Positions 50,142 through 59,334 of a DNA stretch of 64,000 nucleotides are shown one piece after another. The notes under the pieces were generated by a model, which searched no databases, was not told the DNA's origin, and saw only the letters and a list, made by a program, of their open reading frames with translations. A program made the position numbers and the translations under genes. Within the stretch, counting starts at the first letter, position 1, and each line of letters opens with the position of its first letter. The DNA is from Octopus sinensis (taxonomy: Eukaryota): the NCBI RefSeq assembly GCF_006345805.1, contig NC_043021.1:6014001-6078000 (forward strand). The letters are read 5' to 3'.

Positions 50142-51348
50142 CCATCAGGAGTCTCGACAATCTCTATTTCTGCTTCTGGTACTTGGTTGGTTACTTTCTG
50201 TGGACTCTTTGTTTTATCAGCCTTGCCGTCAATGGGAAAAGTATTGTTTGGTTGGACCTGAGAAGGCCATTTTGCTCTTGGCACAATTTCAGGAACGACA
50301 TTGACAGAATTTCTTTGGCAGATTTCCTCAAAGTCAACTATAAAATTTCCTGTACAGATGTAAGGTTCTGAAACAAAGGAAGAAAGAGGAGGAAAAAAAT
50401 ATTGCTTATTCTTTTTCGTCCTTGTATTTGTCTTAACCAGTGTAAATTAATATTTTTTTGTGAGGGCAATAAAATATCTTTTTCACCAAGTTATTGTGTG
50501 AGGAAAATGCTTCAAACCATACAAGGAATCTTATTTTGATTCATGGCTTTAAGTCCTGTTTTGACAGATAGTATATCAAACAGTTGATAGGATGAATAAA
50601 TATTTACATTTTTTTTTATTTGCCTGGTTGTTGAGCATGACCACAGAAAAGGGAAAATTCACATATCTAAACAAAGAGGGCCTATATAAGCCATTATAAG
50701 CAGGCAAACACATAACATATAAAAACATATATATATACATATAATAGTGTAATTCTGTGCCCAAATCAAAGTCGGATAAGTAATTGCATAAATAAATACA
50801 GATAAATTAAGACGTCCAAGGTGATGAGATAAACAGTTCACAATAATCCAAAACGGAAGTCCTCAAATGAATCCCTTAAATAGAAGGAGTCTTACGACCA
50901 TTTCTGGGAATGTGCAAAGAAGTGTGTAGGTAAAACCTTTTGAACTTCAGGAATCCACGTTTCCTTCATCAGAGAATATGTACGGATTTGGAATTTTTAA
51001 ACAGAATCATAAAATTATTCGTTAGCAAACAACATGGAATCCCAGAACTTATGAAATTTTTATACTTGTATACAATTATTGTATATTGATTGATTGATTG
51101 ATTCTAGTTTCAGCTTATGAGCTGTGGCCATGCTGGGGCACCGCCATTTATTCTTAAACATTTTTTTTTACAATTTCATGAATAATTTCATGTTTAAAAA
51201 TGAAATGAAATAAAGATAAATTACCCGATCGTTTGTCTGTGAGTTCATCCAAATCTCCTGCGAGGGTCTTGTCTTTACCTCTGTCAGACTTTTTGTCTTT
51301 AACACTTTTCTCTTTCTTGCTTGACTTTTTCTCTTTCCCTTTATCCAT
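20352..51348 (-). CDS. LRRC71: Leucine-rich repeat-containing protein 71-like, complete 16-exon CDS (1743 nt, 580 aa)
   Basis: Exons: 51225-51348, 50143-50367, 49159-49284, 46294-46369, 44326-44400, 41743-41811, 39806-39959, 37552-37635, 36562-36660, 34450-34545, 31586-31781, 27553-27585, 25449-25495, 24312-24426, 21711-21829, 20352-20456. All are GT-AG and phase-compatible, giving one open frame to TAG. Motifs [79 protein letters not shown] and TRDP parallel LRRC71 as I recall it (EEYQCSGVLETDFAELCTR, FFRPTIQVE, EIYIRGWKVEE, LWKVGL, VLRAFELTHTEVVERRRL, GNKVLLHLNLIRNRIT, PRDP). Confidence 0.92.
21711..21829 (-). CDS. LRRC71: LRRC71 exon 15 ([40 protein letters not shown])
   Basis: Acceptor attaatcag; donor AAG|GTGAGT; 119 nt; phase 1 to 0. 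Confidence 0.92.
22378..22591. mobile_element. piggyBac-like MITE
   Basis: TTAA|CCCTTT...AAAGGG|TTAG; 214 bp. Confidence 0.75.
23068..23401 (+). mobile_element. tRNA-derived SINE with 12-bp TSD
   Basis: AAGTTACATAAC at 23056-23067 and 23402-23413; A box tggcttagtgg, B box gagttcgattccc. Confidence 0.85.
23915..24275. repeat. Degenerate compound minisatellite (~132-bp unit built from tagtcctagatacact subunits)
   Basis: ctatataa...attatgccacactgcaccacatta recurs about 132 nt apart, with multiple gtcctagata motifs. Confidence 0.7.
24312..24426 (-). CDS. LRRC71: LRRC71 exon 14 ([38 protein letters not shown])
   Basis: Acceptor aattgcag; donor C|GTGAGT; 115 nt; phase 0 to 1. Confidence 0.9.
25449..25495 (-). 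CDS. LRRC71: LRRC71 exon 13 ([16 protein letters not shown])
   Basis: Acceptor atatttgcag; donor GAG|GTAATC; 47 nt; supplies the required phase 1 to 0 change. Confidence 0.72.
25729..26394 (+). repeat. Tandem array of 6 x 112 bp
   Basis: gttgattggcagacttgtaaac recurs every 112 nt; the listed ORF starts at 25877, 25989, 26101, 26213 and 26325 confirm the period. Confidence 0.95.
26716..26880 (-). mobile_element. Penelope-like element GIY-YIG endonuclease fragment
   Basis: [40 protein letters not shown] fits the C..N.IY..C..C...Y.G.T...L..R...H pattern of PLE endonucleases. Confidence 0.8.
27553..27585 (-). CDS. LRRC71: LRRC71 exon 12, micro-exon ([11 protein letters not shown])
   Basis: Acceptor ttttcatcag; donor T|GTAAGT; 33 nt; phase 1 to 1. 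It is symmetric, so the frame does not require it. Confidence 0.6.
28003..28726. repeat. 362-bp direct tandem duplication (flank plus family D SINE)
   Basis: atttagagtttaaatcctactctgacc at 28003 and 28365; a further SINE part follows to about 28920. Confidence 0.9.
30955..31162. mobile_element. ~208-bp hairpin/MITE with ~93-bp inverted arms
   Basis: gacaaaagctacctacctgccattc...tcgctgtaaaa and ttttacagcga...gaatggcaggtaggtagcttttgtc; two mismatches seen; TSD not evident. Confidence 0.7.
31586..31781 (-). CDS. LRRC71: LRRC71 exon 11 ([27 protein letters not shown]...[11 protein letters not shown])
   Basis: Acceptor gtcattatag; donor T|GTAAAT chosen for phase-1 compatibility; 196 nt; K/S-rich. 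Confidence 0.8.
33722..34234 (+). mobile_element. Non-autonomous Helitron
   Basis: A|TCTATATATATAAAAC 5' end; sub-terminal imperfect hairpin cccgagcaacgctggg; CTAG|T 3' end; inserted between A and T. Confidence 0.8.
34450..34545 (-). CDS. LRRC71: LRRC71 exon 10 ([32 protein letters not shown])
   Basis: Acceptor ctgttacag; donor AAA|GTAAGT; 96 nt; phase 0 to 0; basic low-complexity linker. Confidence 0.8.
34744..35060 (+). mobile_element. Second copy of the same CR1 3' end
   Basis: Highly similar to 597-905 with a (TAACT)n tail; the tail plus flank is re-duplicated at about 35139-35222. Confidence 0.85.
35860..36040 (+). mobile_element. RLE-encoding LINE fragment (NeSL/R4/CRE-like)
   Basis: [35 protein letters not shown] resembles the NRPDIV...E.SCP.D.N....EK endonuclease motif, with catalytic residues decayed. 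Confidence 0.6.
36095..36315. mobile_element. piggyBac-like MITE (reverse orientation)
   Basis: TTAA|CCCTTT...AAAGGG|TTAA; 221 bp. Confidence 0.8.
36562..36660 (-). CDS. LRRC71: LRRC71 exon 9 ([33 protein letters not shown])
   Basis: Acceptor tacaacag; donor ACT|GTATGT; 99 nt; phase 0 to 0. Confidence 0.9.
37552..37635 (-). CDS. LRRC71: LRRC71 exon 8 ([28 protein letters not shown])
   Basis: 84-nt, 28-aa ribonuclease-inhibitor-type LRR exon; acceptor actttcag; donor AAT|GTAATG; phase 0 to 0. Confidence 0.95.
39060..39563. repeat. Minisatellite, 3 x 168 bp
   Basis: gaacagagttgatgca at 39213, 39381 and 39549. Confidence 0.9.
39806..39959 (-). CDS. LRRC71: LRRC71 exon 7 ([51 protein letters not shown])
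   Basis: Acceptor ttttcctag; donor TAT|GTAAGT; 154 nt; phase 2 to 0; contains two LRR motifs. Confidence 0.93.
40230..40670. repeat. Long compound (AT)n/(AC)n microsatellite
   Basis: About 440 bp. Similar tracts at 31828-31908, 44412-44545, 57376-57548 and 61490-61578. Confidence 0.95.
40965..41476. mobile_element. Related GGATC-terminus MITE whose right end is replaced by a perfect 129-bp inverted duplication
   Basis: Starts ggatcttttcggtttgaacggcag and shares aacttcgtatactggtagaatgtgt with the 17449 element. Palindrome spans 41214-41476. Confidence 0.7.
41743..41811 (-). CDS. LRRC71: LRRC71 exon 6 ([22 protein letters not shown])
   Basis: Acceptor taacctag; donor CA|GTGAGA; 69 nt; phase 2 to 2. 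Confidence 0.88.
44326..44400 (-). CDS. LRRC71: LRRC71 exon 5 ([24 protein letters not shown])
   Basis: Acceptor cttgacag; donor AA|GTAAGT; 75 nt; phase 2 to 2. Confidence 0.92.
44646..44680 (-). ncRNA. Minimal type I hammerhead ribozyme motif in a Penelope-like terminal fragment
   Basis: GUUU CUGAUGA a GAGC ucc GCUC GAAA CGUC AAAC: intact core, stem I GUUU/AAAC, stem II GAGC/GCUC, and a palindromic ACGU in place of stem III. Confidence 0.65.
45573..45969 (+). mobile_element. Abundant ~400-bp tRNA-derived SINE (family A), representative full-length copy
   Basis: Head aggcgcaggagtggctgtgtggtaag...ggttccgg; CORE-like accttgggcaagtgtctt; internal (AT)/(GT) tract; (GAGTAAA)n tail. At least 15 further copies, e.g. 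7581-7963, 16845-17243, 18031-18403, 19757-20163, 24627-25038, 29145-29533, 33064-33445, 41918-42309, 42497-42900, 55105-55758 and 61311-62039. Confidence 0.85.
46294..46369 (-). CDS. LRRC71: LRRC71 exon 4 ([25 protein letters not shown])
   Basis: Acceptor attaacag; donor AG|GTGATG; 76 nt; phase 1 to 2. Confidence 0.92.
46714..47200. repeat. Long imperfect (AAT/AAC)n microsatellite
   Basis: About 490 bp. Other (AAT)n tracts at 22790-22870, 47388-47452 and 48890-49140. Confidence 0.95.
47757..48890. mobile_element. Two tandem copies of a ~550-bp interspersed repeat embedded in (AAT)n arrays
   Basis: 47757-48296 and 48335-48890 are highly similar (gccctgatg...ctctc.cactc); (AAT)n follows each copy. 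Confidence 0.75.
49159..49284 (-). CDS. LRRC71: LRRC71 exon 3 ([42 protein letters not shown])
   Basis: Acceptor ctgttttcag; donor G|GTAAAT; 126 nt; phase 1 to 1. Confidence 0.93.
49682..49990. repeat. Self-complementary A-tract/T-tract satellite (aaaaatttt/gaaaattttc units)
   Basis: About 300 bp of alternating A4-6 and T4-5 runs at roughly 10-11-bp spacing. Confidence 0.85.
50143..50367 (-). CDS. LRRC71: LRRC71 exon 2 ([20 protein letters not shown]...EIEIVETPD)
   Basis: Polypyrimidine acceptor tttgtttcag; donor G|GTAATC; 225 nt; phase 1 to 1. Confidence 0.92.
51225..51348 (-). CDS. LRRC71: LRRC71 coding exon 1 ([41 protein letters not shown])
   Basis: ATG at 51348; acceptor ctattag just upstream (exon starts 51362); donor G|GTAATT, phase 1. 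Confidence 0.85.
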
Positions 51349-52099
51349 TGTTAAACACTGACCTAATAGAAGCAGAGTTATATTAGAATATATATATATA
51401 TATATCATCATCCTCATCATCATCATCGTTTAACGTCCGCTTTCCATGCTAGCATGGGTTGGACGGTTCAACTGGGGTCTGGCAAGCTCGAAGGCTGCAC
51501 CAGGCCAGTCAGATCTGGCAGTGTTTCTACAGCTGGATGCCCTTCCTAACGCCAACACTCCGAGAGTGTAGTGGGTGTTTTATGTGCACCGACACAGGTG
51601 CCAGACGAGGCTGGCAGACGGCCACGCTCGGATGGTGTTTTTATGTGCCACCGACACAGGTGCCAGACGAGGCTGGCGAACGGCCACGTTCGATGGTGTT
51701 TGTTACGTGCCCTCAGCACGAGGCCAGTCGATGCGGTATTGGCTACGTCACGTTCAGATGGTTTTCTTATGTGCCACCGATATATATATATATATATTTT
51801 CTCTCTCTTTTACTTGTTTCAGTCATGTGACTGCGGCCATGCTGGAGCACAGCCTTTGGTCGAGTAACTCGACCCTGGGACTTATTCTTTGTAAGCCCAG
51901 TACTTATTCTATCGGTCTCTTTTGCCGAACTGCTAAGTGACGAGGACATAAGCATGGAATAAACTGCCTGCGTCAGTTGTTGACTGCCATGACACTGCAT
52001 CCTTTAAGGCCCTCATGCTTTCCGAAATCCGTCGAAACTACACCTGATTATATATGCACTTTAGATGAGTTGTAGTGCACCTGAGCACTGTACACAATG

Positions 52100-52132
<33 letters not shown>

Positions 52133-52747
52133 AACACACCACCATCGGTTGTCAAGCAATGCTAGGGAGACAAACACAGACACACAAGCATACATGCACA
52201 CACACACACATATATATATATATACATATATACGACGGGCTTCTTTCAGTTTCCGTCTACCAAATCCACTCACAAGGCTTTGGTCGGCCTGAGGCTATAG
52301 TAGCAGAAGACACTTGCCCAAGGTGGTACCACGCAGTGGGACTGAACCCGGAACCATGTGGTTGAGCAGCCAACATAGAACCACATATTCAGCATGAATG
52401 ACCCAACACAGTAACAGTCACAGAACATAAACAGACACGACCGAATGACCAACGCACACACAGACACAAAACGTGTCCGGTTCTACTTCATCACATCGAC
52501 ATAGCATTTCCTCTGTTTATTTTCTTCTTTGCCAACTTGAAGCAAGTTGGTAATGTCATGAAGTGAATTTTTTGGTGCATACAACAAGTAAATGCAAGTG
52601 TCGATTAAATAAATTATTCAAACCACAATCCAATGCTTTCCCATTGTTTTACTTTGATGTCGTCCACATCCCTATTTCATCTGCTACCTCAACATCTTTT
52701 GCTACACCATTCCCAATACAATTTTATAATGAAAGTGTCTATAAATA

Positions 52748-52981
52748 TATTTCTTTACCACCCACAAGGGGCTAAAGACAGAGGGGACAAACAAGGACAG
52801 ACAAACGGGTTAAGTCGATTACATCGACCCCAGTGCGAAACTGGTACTTAATTTATCGACCCCGAAAGGATGAAAGGCAAAGTCGACCTCGGTGGAAAGA
52901 GAACTCAGAACATAGCGGCGGACGAAATACCGCAAAGCATTTTGCCCGTCGTGCTAACGTTTCTGCCAGCTCGCCGCCTTA
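52748..52981 (-). mobile_element. tRNA-derived SINE (family D) with 16-bp TSD
   Basis: AAAGTGTCTATAAATA at 52732-52747 and 52982-52997. Other copies at about 21055-21270, 28140-28920, 32400-32633 and 36690-36845. Confidence 0.85.
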
Positions 52982-52999
52982 AAAGTGTCTATAAATAGC

Positions 53000-53320
53000 T
53001 CAAAATCTCTCGTGGAAGCGCCATCCAACCAAAATGCAAATATATGGGAAACTACCACCTGTGTCATCTCTTGTGAAAGGTAGGAGAGTCCAGTTTGCTG
53101 GACATTGTTGTAGAGCTGAAAAAGAGGTAATTTCTACTCTTCTCTTCTGGAAGCCATCTGCTCGCAATACCAGAGAGCGCACACTCTCCTACCCTGATGT
53201 AATCTCCAGGGATACAGGCATCCAGCAACAGGACCTCCATAATGCCATGATGGACCGTGAAGTCTGGCGTAGCATGGTCAATTCCATTGTCTCGACCACG
53301 GTCGAACAATGATGATGATA
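53000..53320 (+). mobile_element. RTE-type LINE 3' end
   Basis: IYGKLPPVSSLVKGRRVQFAGHCCR...AMMDREVWRSMV* followed by a (GAT)n tail. Confidence 0.8.
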
Positions 53321-54149
53321 AATAGCTTACAGAGTGTGTAGATTACGGTTATATTAGAATTTAATGTGAAAAACAAATTTGACGGACTCGTACACATACA
53401 CACTGATACATGTCACATATATCTACAAAATGAAACTAGAAATTTCGAAAACAAATTGTGATGAATGTCAATATGTATACGTGTGTGCTCACTACTTTTC
53501 TTTTCATATTAAATTCCATTATAATCACAATCTACACACTCTGAAAGATATCTGTAGAAAATTTCATTAAAAAATTACAAATTTTTCTGAAAGTTATGAG
53601 GAAACAAAGCCAGTTCGTGTGAATTTTCTGAAACTCCTCTCCCCACCCAGAGAAAAATCTTTTCACAACAAATTGCAGTATAATCGGAATCTACATCGTC
53701 TGAAGTGTATTTATAGAAAACATGATTCTAAGATAACCTTTTTTCTGGAAGTTAAGAGGAAACAAACTCGGTGGGAGGTACACGTGTTGATATGCACACG
53801 TGTGTAGGAATGCACACTTCGACATGCAAATCGCTGTTATTGTTGTTGTTGTTGTTGTTGCTTCGCCCCACATCAGTCCAGATTCTGCAGAACTGTGATC
53901 AAAGTATAGCATACCTAACGCAATATTAACCAGAGAGGCCTTCCCATTTTAAGACCGTAATGTGTTAAAGTGGATTTGGCTGTTATTTCTAGCTTGCAGA
54001 GTAGCCACGTATAAAATGTCCCCTTCTTTGTTGCGTGCATGCTTCTGTGTGCGTGTGTATGTGTGTGTGTAGCTTTTTTCTTCACCCTCAAGAATATACA
54101 TACTCAAATGCATACACACACACACATACACAAAGTAAAAGCCAAGAAA

Positions 54150-54420
54150 AAAAAATGCTGCATCAACTCACGGTCTCTTACGTGTTTCGCGGTTGACAGT
54201 AGCGTACGATTTATTGTCACCAATAAACGCGTGGTAACTAATGGCAACCGCAATAAAGCTATCGGTAGTTACTTCCCTTGCATCAATTTCGCCAGTATCC
54301 ACACTTCATGTCACCGTGATCACAGATACATAAAACTAAATTGCTATCATTGTTTAGCTCATTTGATTAAAAGCGTTCCACCCATGACTCTCCCGTTTTA
54401 TTTTAAGATAACGTGACTGG
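54150..54420 (-). promoter_or_regulatory. Probable LRRC71 promoter / non-coding first exon with RFX X-box
   Basis: Non-repetitive, CpG-enriched patch. X-box-like GTAACTAATGGCAAC at 54234-54248. Minus-strand donor-like sites GTAAG (54181-54177) and GTGAGT (54171-54166) lie just downstream. Coding exon 1 has an acceptor, implying an upstream UTR exon. Confidence 0.5.
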
Positions 54421-55894
54421 GACCACATTATTCGATACATCCCGTCTTTCATAAAGTTATGATTTTAGAGAAATTTGGCTGGACTCCTGTTGTTTTGCAG
54501 CAAATCGGTCCTAGTCGAACAGATCCGTAATCAGACATTCCAGCCATGGCCATCCAGTTTTTTTCTTTATGAGTATCTAAGACTAACTTGTCAAATGTTA
54601 CTTCCCTATCCTACCAACGGAACAAAATATGCTTCACTGACGAGGCGTAATAAGACCGAAACATGCTTTTTACTTTCAACAGTTTGCTTTAAAGATTAGA
54701 TTCGCTCCAATCCGCATTGTCCAGAAATTCGATCGCTTAATCCTATCAGAATCATCCTCTTTTGTTGCTGTTTTCAGATTTTATTCATTATGAGAGGTCT
54801 TTGATCTTTCACAAGTTGTAGGATTCGTAAGGCCAAAGTTTAACTCGCTTTCCAAGGCATATCAGTGATTGAGACAACACACCTCCTACCCCGGACGGGG
54901 CACCCGTCTGTAGCTTACTTCACAGTTATAGCTGGAATTCATTTAACACTGAGTGGACTGGAGCAACAGAAAGGAACTGCTTCACTCAAGTGCATCACCT
55001 ACAGTTCCGATCGTAAGATCGTCAGTGCAACAAACTAAATACTAGGCCATGCACCTTCACTGAGCGGAAAGGGTTGTCACGTGTATATTAGTGTAACTTC
55101 TTTTAGGCGCAGGAGTGGCTGTGTGGTAAGTAGCTTGCTTACCAACCACATGGTTCTTGGTTCAGTCCCACTGTGTGGCACCTTGAGCAAGTGTCTTCTA
55201 CTATAGCCTCGGGCCGACCAAAGCCTTGTGAGTGGATTTGGTAGACGGAAACTGAAAGAAGCCTGTTGTATATATGTATATGTATATGTGTGTGTGTATG
55301 TGTGTGTGTATGTGTGTGTGTGTTTGCCCCCCCTCCCAGCATCACTCGACAACCGATTCTGGTGTGTTTGCGTCCCCGTAACATAGTGGTTCGGCAAAAG
55401 AGACCGATAGAATAAGTACTAGGCTTACAAAGAATAAGTCCTGGGGTCAGTGTGTTCGACTAAAGGCCTAGTACTTATTCTATCGCTCTCTTTTTGCTGA
55501 CCGCTAAGTTACGGGGACGTAAACACACCAACATTGGTTGACAAACGATGTTGGGGGGACAAACACAGACACACAAACATATACACACACATACATATAT
55601 ATATGCATATATACGACGGGCTCCTTTGAGTTTCCATCCACCAAGTCCACTCACAAGGCTTTGTCGGCCCGAGGCTATAGTAGAAGACACTTGCCTAAAG
55701 TACCACGCAGTGGGACTGAACCCGGAACCATGTGGTTCGTAAGCAAGCTACTTACCACCCTTTTTTTTATTTGGAAATGTGAGTTTTCCCCTACTAATAG
55801 CTGTTTAGTACCAAGTCAAGATGTTCAAGTTGTGACTATGTCATCTTTTAGTCAGACAGAGTATCTGTAGGATTTCATCATCTAAGGTCACCTT

Positions 55895-55994
55895 NNNNNN
55901 NNNNNNNNNNNNNNNNNNNNNNNNNNNNNNNNNNNNNNNNNNNNNNNNNNNNNNNNNNNNNNNNNNNNNNNNNNNNNNNNNNNNNNNNNNNNNN
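55895..55994. other. Assembly gap (100 N)
   Basis: Run of exactly 100 N. Confidence 1.
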
Positions 55995-56752
55995 ATATTT
56001 ATACAAAGGTGTGCACCATATTTATGCATGAGGATACATCCCACAGGCATCTATAAATGAATTAGATGGTCACATGTAAAAGGAGTGTGTGTGTGTGTGT
56101 GTGTGTGTGTGCACGCATATGGGTCTGTATGGAGGTGGCTGCAGATTGAATAATTAGTAAGAGAAAGGGTAAGAATTGTATCTGAATTTGAATGGATTAG
56201 TGGTCATACTAATTTTGGTGAAAAGTGTTACTGAAAGGACTTCTTTGTGCATTCAAAATTTGTATAGGATATACAACCATTTTATTCTCTGTCACATCAG
56301 CATTCTGTCTGACAGCATCCCTTCCATACCATTTCTACCTCTCTTGCTTGTATCAACTTCTGTTTTTCAACCCTATCTATTTCTACTCACTCTCTCCTTC
56401 CATTCTCATCATTTCCCTACTTTCTTCTGGCTATCTACTCTACTCGTTATATTCCACCAACAGCCACCTCCACCCACACCATCACCTACCATTGGCTCAT
56501 ATACTATCCACACCCATTATTTATCTGCATGCCATCTTATAAACGCATATACCTGTAGAAGTGTATCTTCTTGTATGCTTATGACATATATCTCTGTGTA
56601 CAAATTTTTACTGTTTCTATTTTACTAAGCTTTCCTAGTATTGTTTCTAGACTTCAAACATAAATATTATGTTTTACTTATATCATAAACATTATTCCTT
56701 ACATATTTCAGATGTCAGTTACCTTACAATTTTATGTTACTCAGAGTTTTAA

Positions 56753-56972
56753 CCCTTTTGTTACCAACCCGGCTGAAACGGCTGTGGCTCTGTAATACAA
56801 ATGTCTTGTTTTCATAAGTTTTGAATTAAAATCTTCCACCAAACCTTAGTCCCAATTTATGTTCCCAACACTAGCTTAATGATGACTAAGTTATTTTACT
56901 AAATTCTTTGTTATATTTAAAATAATTGAAAGAGACACAGAGCATCCCAAAATAAATATGGTAACGAAAGGG
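56753..56972. mobile_element. piggyBac-like MITE
   Basis: TTAA|CCCTTT...AAAGGG|TTAA; 220 bp. Confidence 0.8.
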
Positions 56973-57123
56973 TTAAAGTTATCCTTATTTATGGAAATGC
57001 GACTCTGAAATGGAAATGGTGTGAACTGGAACCGTAATCTTATAAGTCAAATGAAAGTACCGAGTGCTACTTTAATGTGTTTGGTTTTTGCTTTTTCAAT
57101 ATATGTAATCTCTCTTATACACC

Positions 57124-57183
<60 letters not shown>

Positions 57184-57464
57184 ATGTATCATCTGAAGGT
57201 TTTGAGTTTAATTCCCACTAAAGGTAACATTTAAATAACAGCAGGAGGACACCTAGGGGCCACTACATAGGTGGGCCTGGGTAGTCAGGAACTAACAGGT
57301 TGAAACACTTGTCGGAATTCTTCTGAAGACTTCTTCTACTGTCTGCTTTCCCTGTAGCTCACTATCACTCACTCACTCAATATGTATATATGTATATGTA
57401 TGTATGTATATAAGTATGTATGTATATGTGTATGTGTGTATATATTCATGTGTGTGTGCATGTG

Positions 57465-57501
<37 letters not shown>

Positions 57502-57752
57502 ATAATGTATATATGTGTGTGTGTATACATATACACACACACACACACATTGTATTACGAAGCTGAAAAATCCCATGTTACAACTATTAGATTCTCATTC
57601 ATTCCCGATGCTCAGGTACTTGGGAAATTGGTCTGTGAAATTATTCGTTAGAACTTGTACATTTTCATCTTTGAAATAAGCAGGTGGGTAATCTTTTTCT
57701 TAAGCACTTTTTTTTTTTCGTTTCTGGAAACATAAACAGTTTCTGTGTCATC

Positions 57753-57784
<32 letters not shown>

Positions 57785-57860
57785 CACCATCATTTTTACA
57801 ACTGCTTTCCATGCTAGAATGAAACATACATATATACACATTTGTGTTTATCTGTGTGTG

Positions 57861-57893
<33 letters not shown>

Positions 57894-58839
57894 AGAAAGA
57901 GAGAGAGAGAGAGAGTGAGAGAGTGAGAGAGAGAGAGAGTCTAAATATCACATATTGATTTCAAACAACCAGTTATAAATTATAAAGTGTTGTCATGTGA
58001 TCAACTGGTACTCCTAGAACTGGTAGTTGCCAGTGTTTCATTGATCCACACGACACAGTCATATCGATGGTAACCATGGCGTCCTGTGATGTTTGCAGGG
58101 ATGTTTGTGTATGTGGCAAACGCATGTGTATGTATGCATGTATGTATGTATATATGGGTATTTTGGAATATAATTACATGTCCGTTTAATTATGTTATTA
58201 CACTTGTCTGGATATATCATTCTCTCTGTACCTTGGATGGTGGTGGTTGTGTTGGGTATAGATCTGTTTCTTGACAAAGGGGTATCGGTACCTTGGGTAT
58301 GTATTTGAGTGTTTAGAGTAGAGTTCAATCAATGTATACTGTAAATATTTGGTACCTTGTTAAAAGCAGTTTGTTGCTTTGCAGTAGCGCCAGTGTACAC
58401 TCTCTGTTTAACTATGTACATTAGTATGATCTTTGGAACAGTTCCTTGCTAATTATATCAAAACAGGTGTAGATGTAGTCAGTATTGCCAATTAAGGTTT
58501 TCAATCTGTATCTTGGTTTAATCAGGACTGCCCTTGTAAATAGGTTAACTTGGGTAAGTGTATTGTCCACATTGGTACTCTCGGTATATCCAGTTGATGG
58601 CCACCACACTTGATAAAATCACAACAAAAGTGTCATTCAGAACGCAAAGGTTTATGTTATTTGTTGGTCTGATCCTTTCTGTCTGATCCTTTCTGTCTTC
58701 TCCTCATTTGAAAATGTGTAAGTTGTATAAGCTGAAGCCCATTCTGCCTTGCAATGCACAGTAAATGTACACCACATGGTACACTGAAACAGATGACAAG
58801 AAAAAAAAATGATTATATGTCCACAATTTTTATCTATCA

Positions 58840-59334
58840 CAGGGTGATTCAAAAGTCTCCATTCATAAGAACAATTTATTTTTTATACTCTTTTACTTGT
58901 TTCAGTCATTTGACTGTGGCCATGCTAGAGCACTGCCTTTAGTCGAGCAAATCGACCCCAGGACTTATTCATTGTAAGCCTAGTACTTATTCTATTGGTC
59001 TCTTTTGCTGAACCGCTAAGTGACGGAGACGTAAATACACCAACATTGGTTGTCAAGCGATGTTGGGGGGGACAAACACAGACACACAAAATTATACACA
59101 CACATACATATATATATATAGCAGGCTTCTTTCAGTTTCTGTCTACTAAATCCACTCACAAGGCTTTGGTCTGCCCGACGCTATAGTAGAAGACACTTGC
59201 CCAAGGTGCTACGCAGTGGGACTGAACTCGGAACCATGTGATTGGTAAGCAAGCTACTTACCACACAGCCACTCCTACCATTTCTTATAAAAAAATAAAT
59301 TTTTCCTATGTATGGTAACTTTTGAATCACCCTG
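58840..59334. mobile_element. Tc1/mariner-like MITE with a nested SINE (about 58885-59278)
   Basis: TIR cagggtgattcaaaagt ... acttttgaatcaccctg; followed by TA on the right (left flank is CA). Confidence 0.65.

Noticed and set aside
50885-50975. CTGATGA...GAAA motif on the minus strand (and a similar one at about 61038-61075 on plus)
   Set aside because: Stems II and III cannot be paired convincingly, so it is too degenerate to call a hammerhead.
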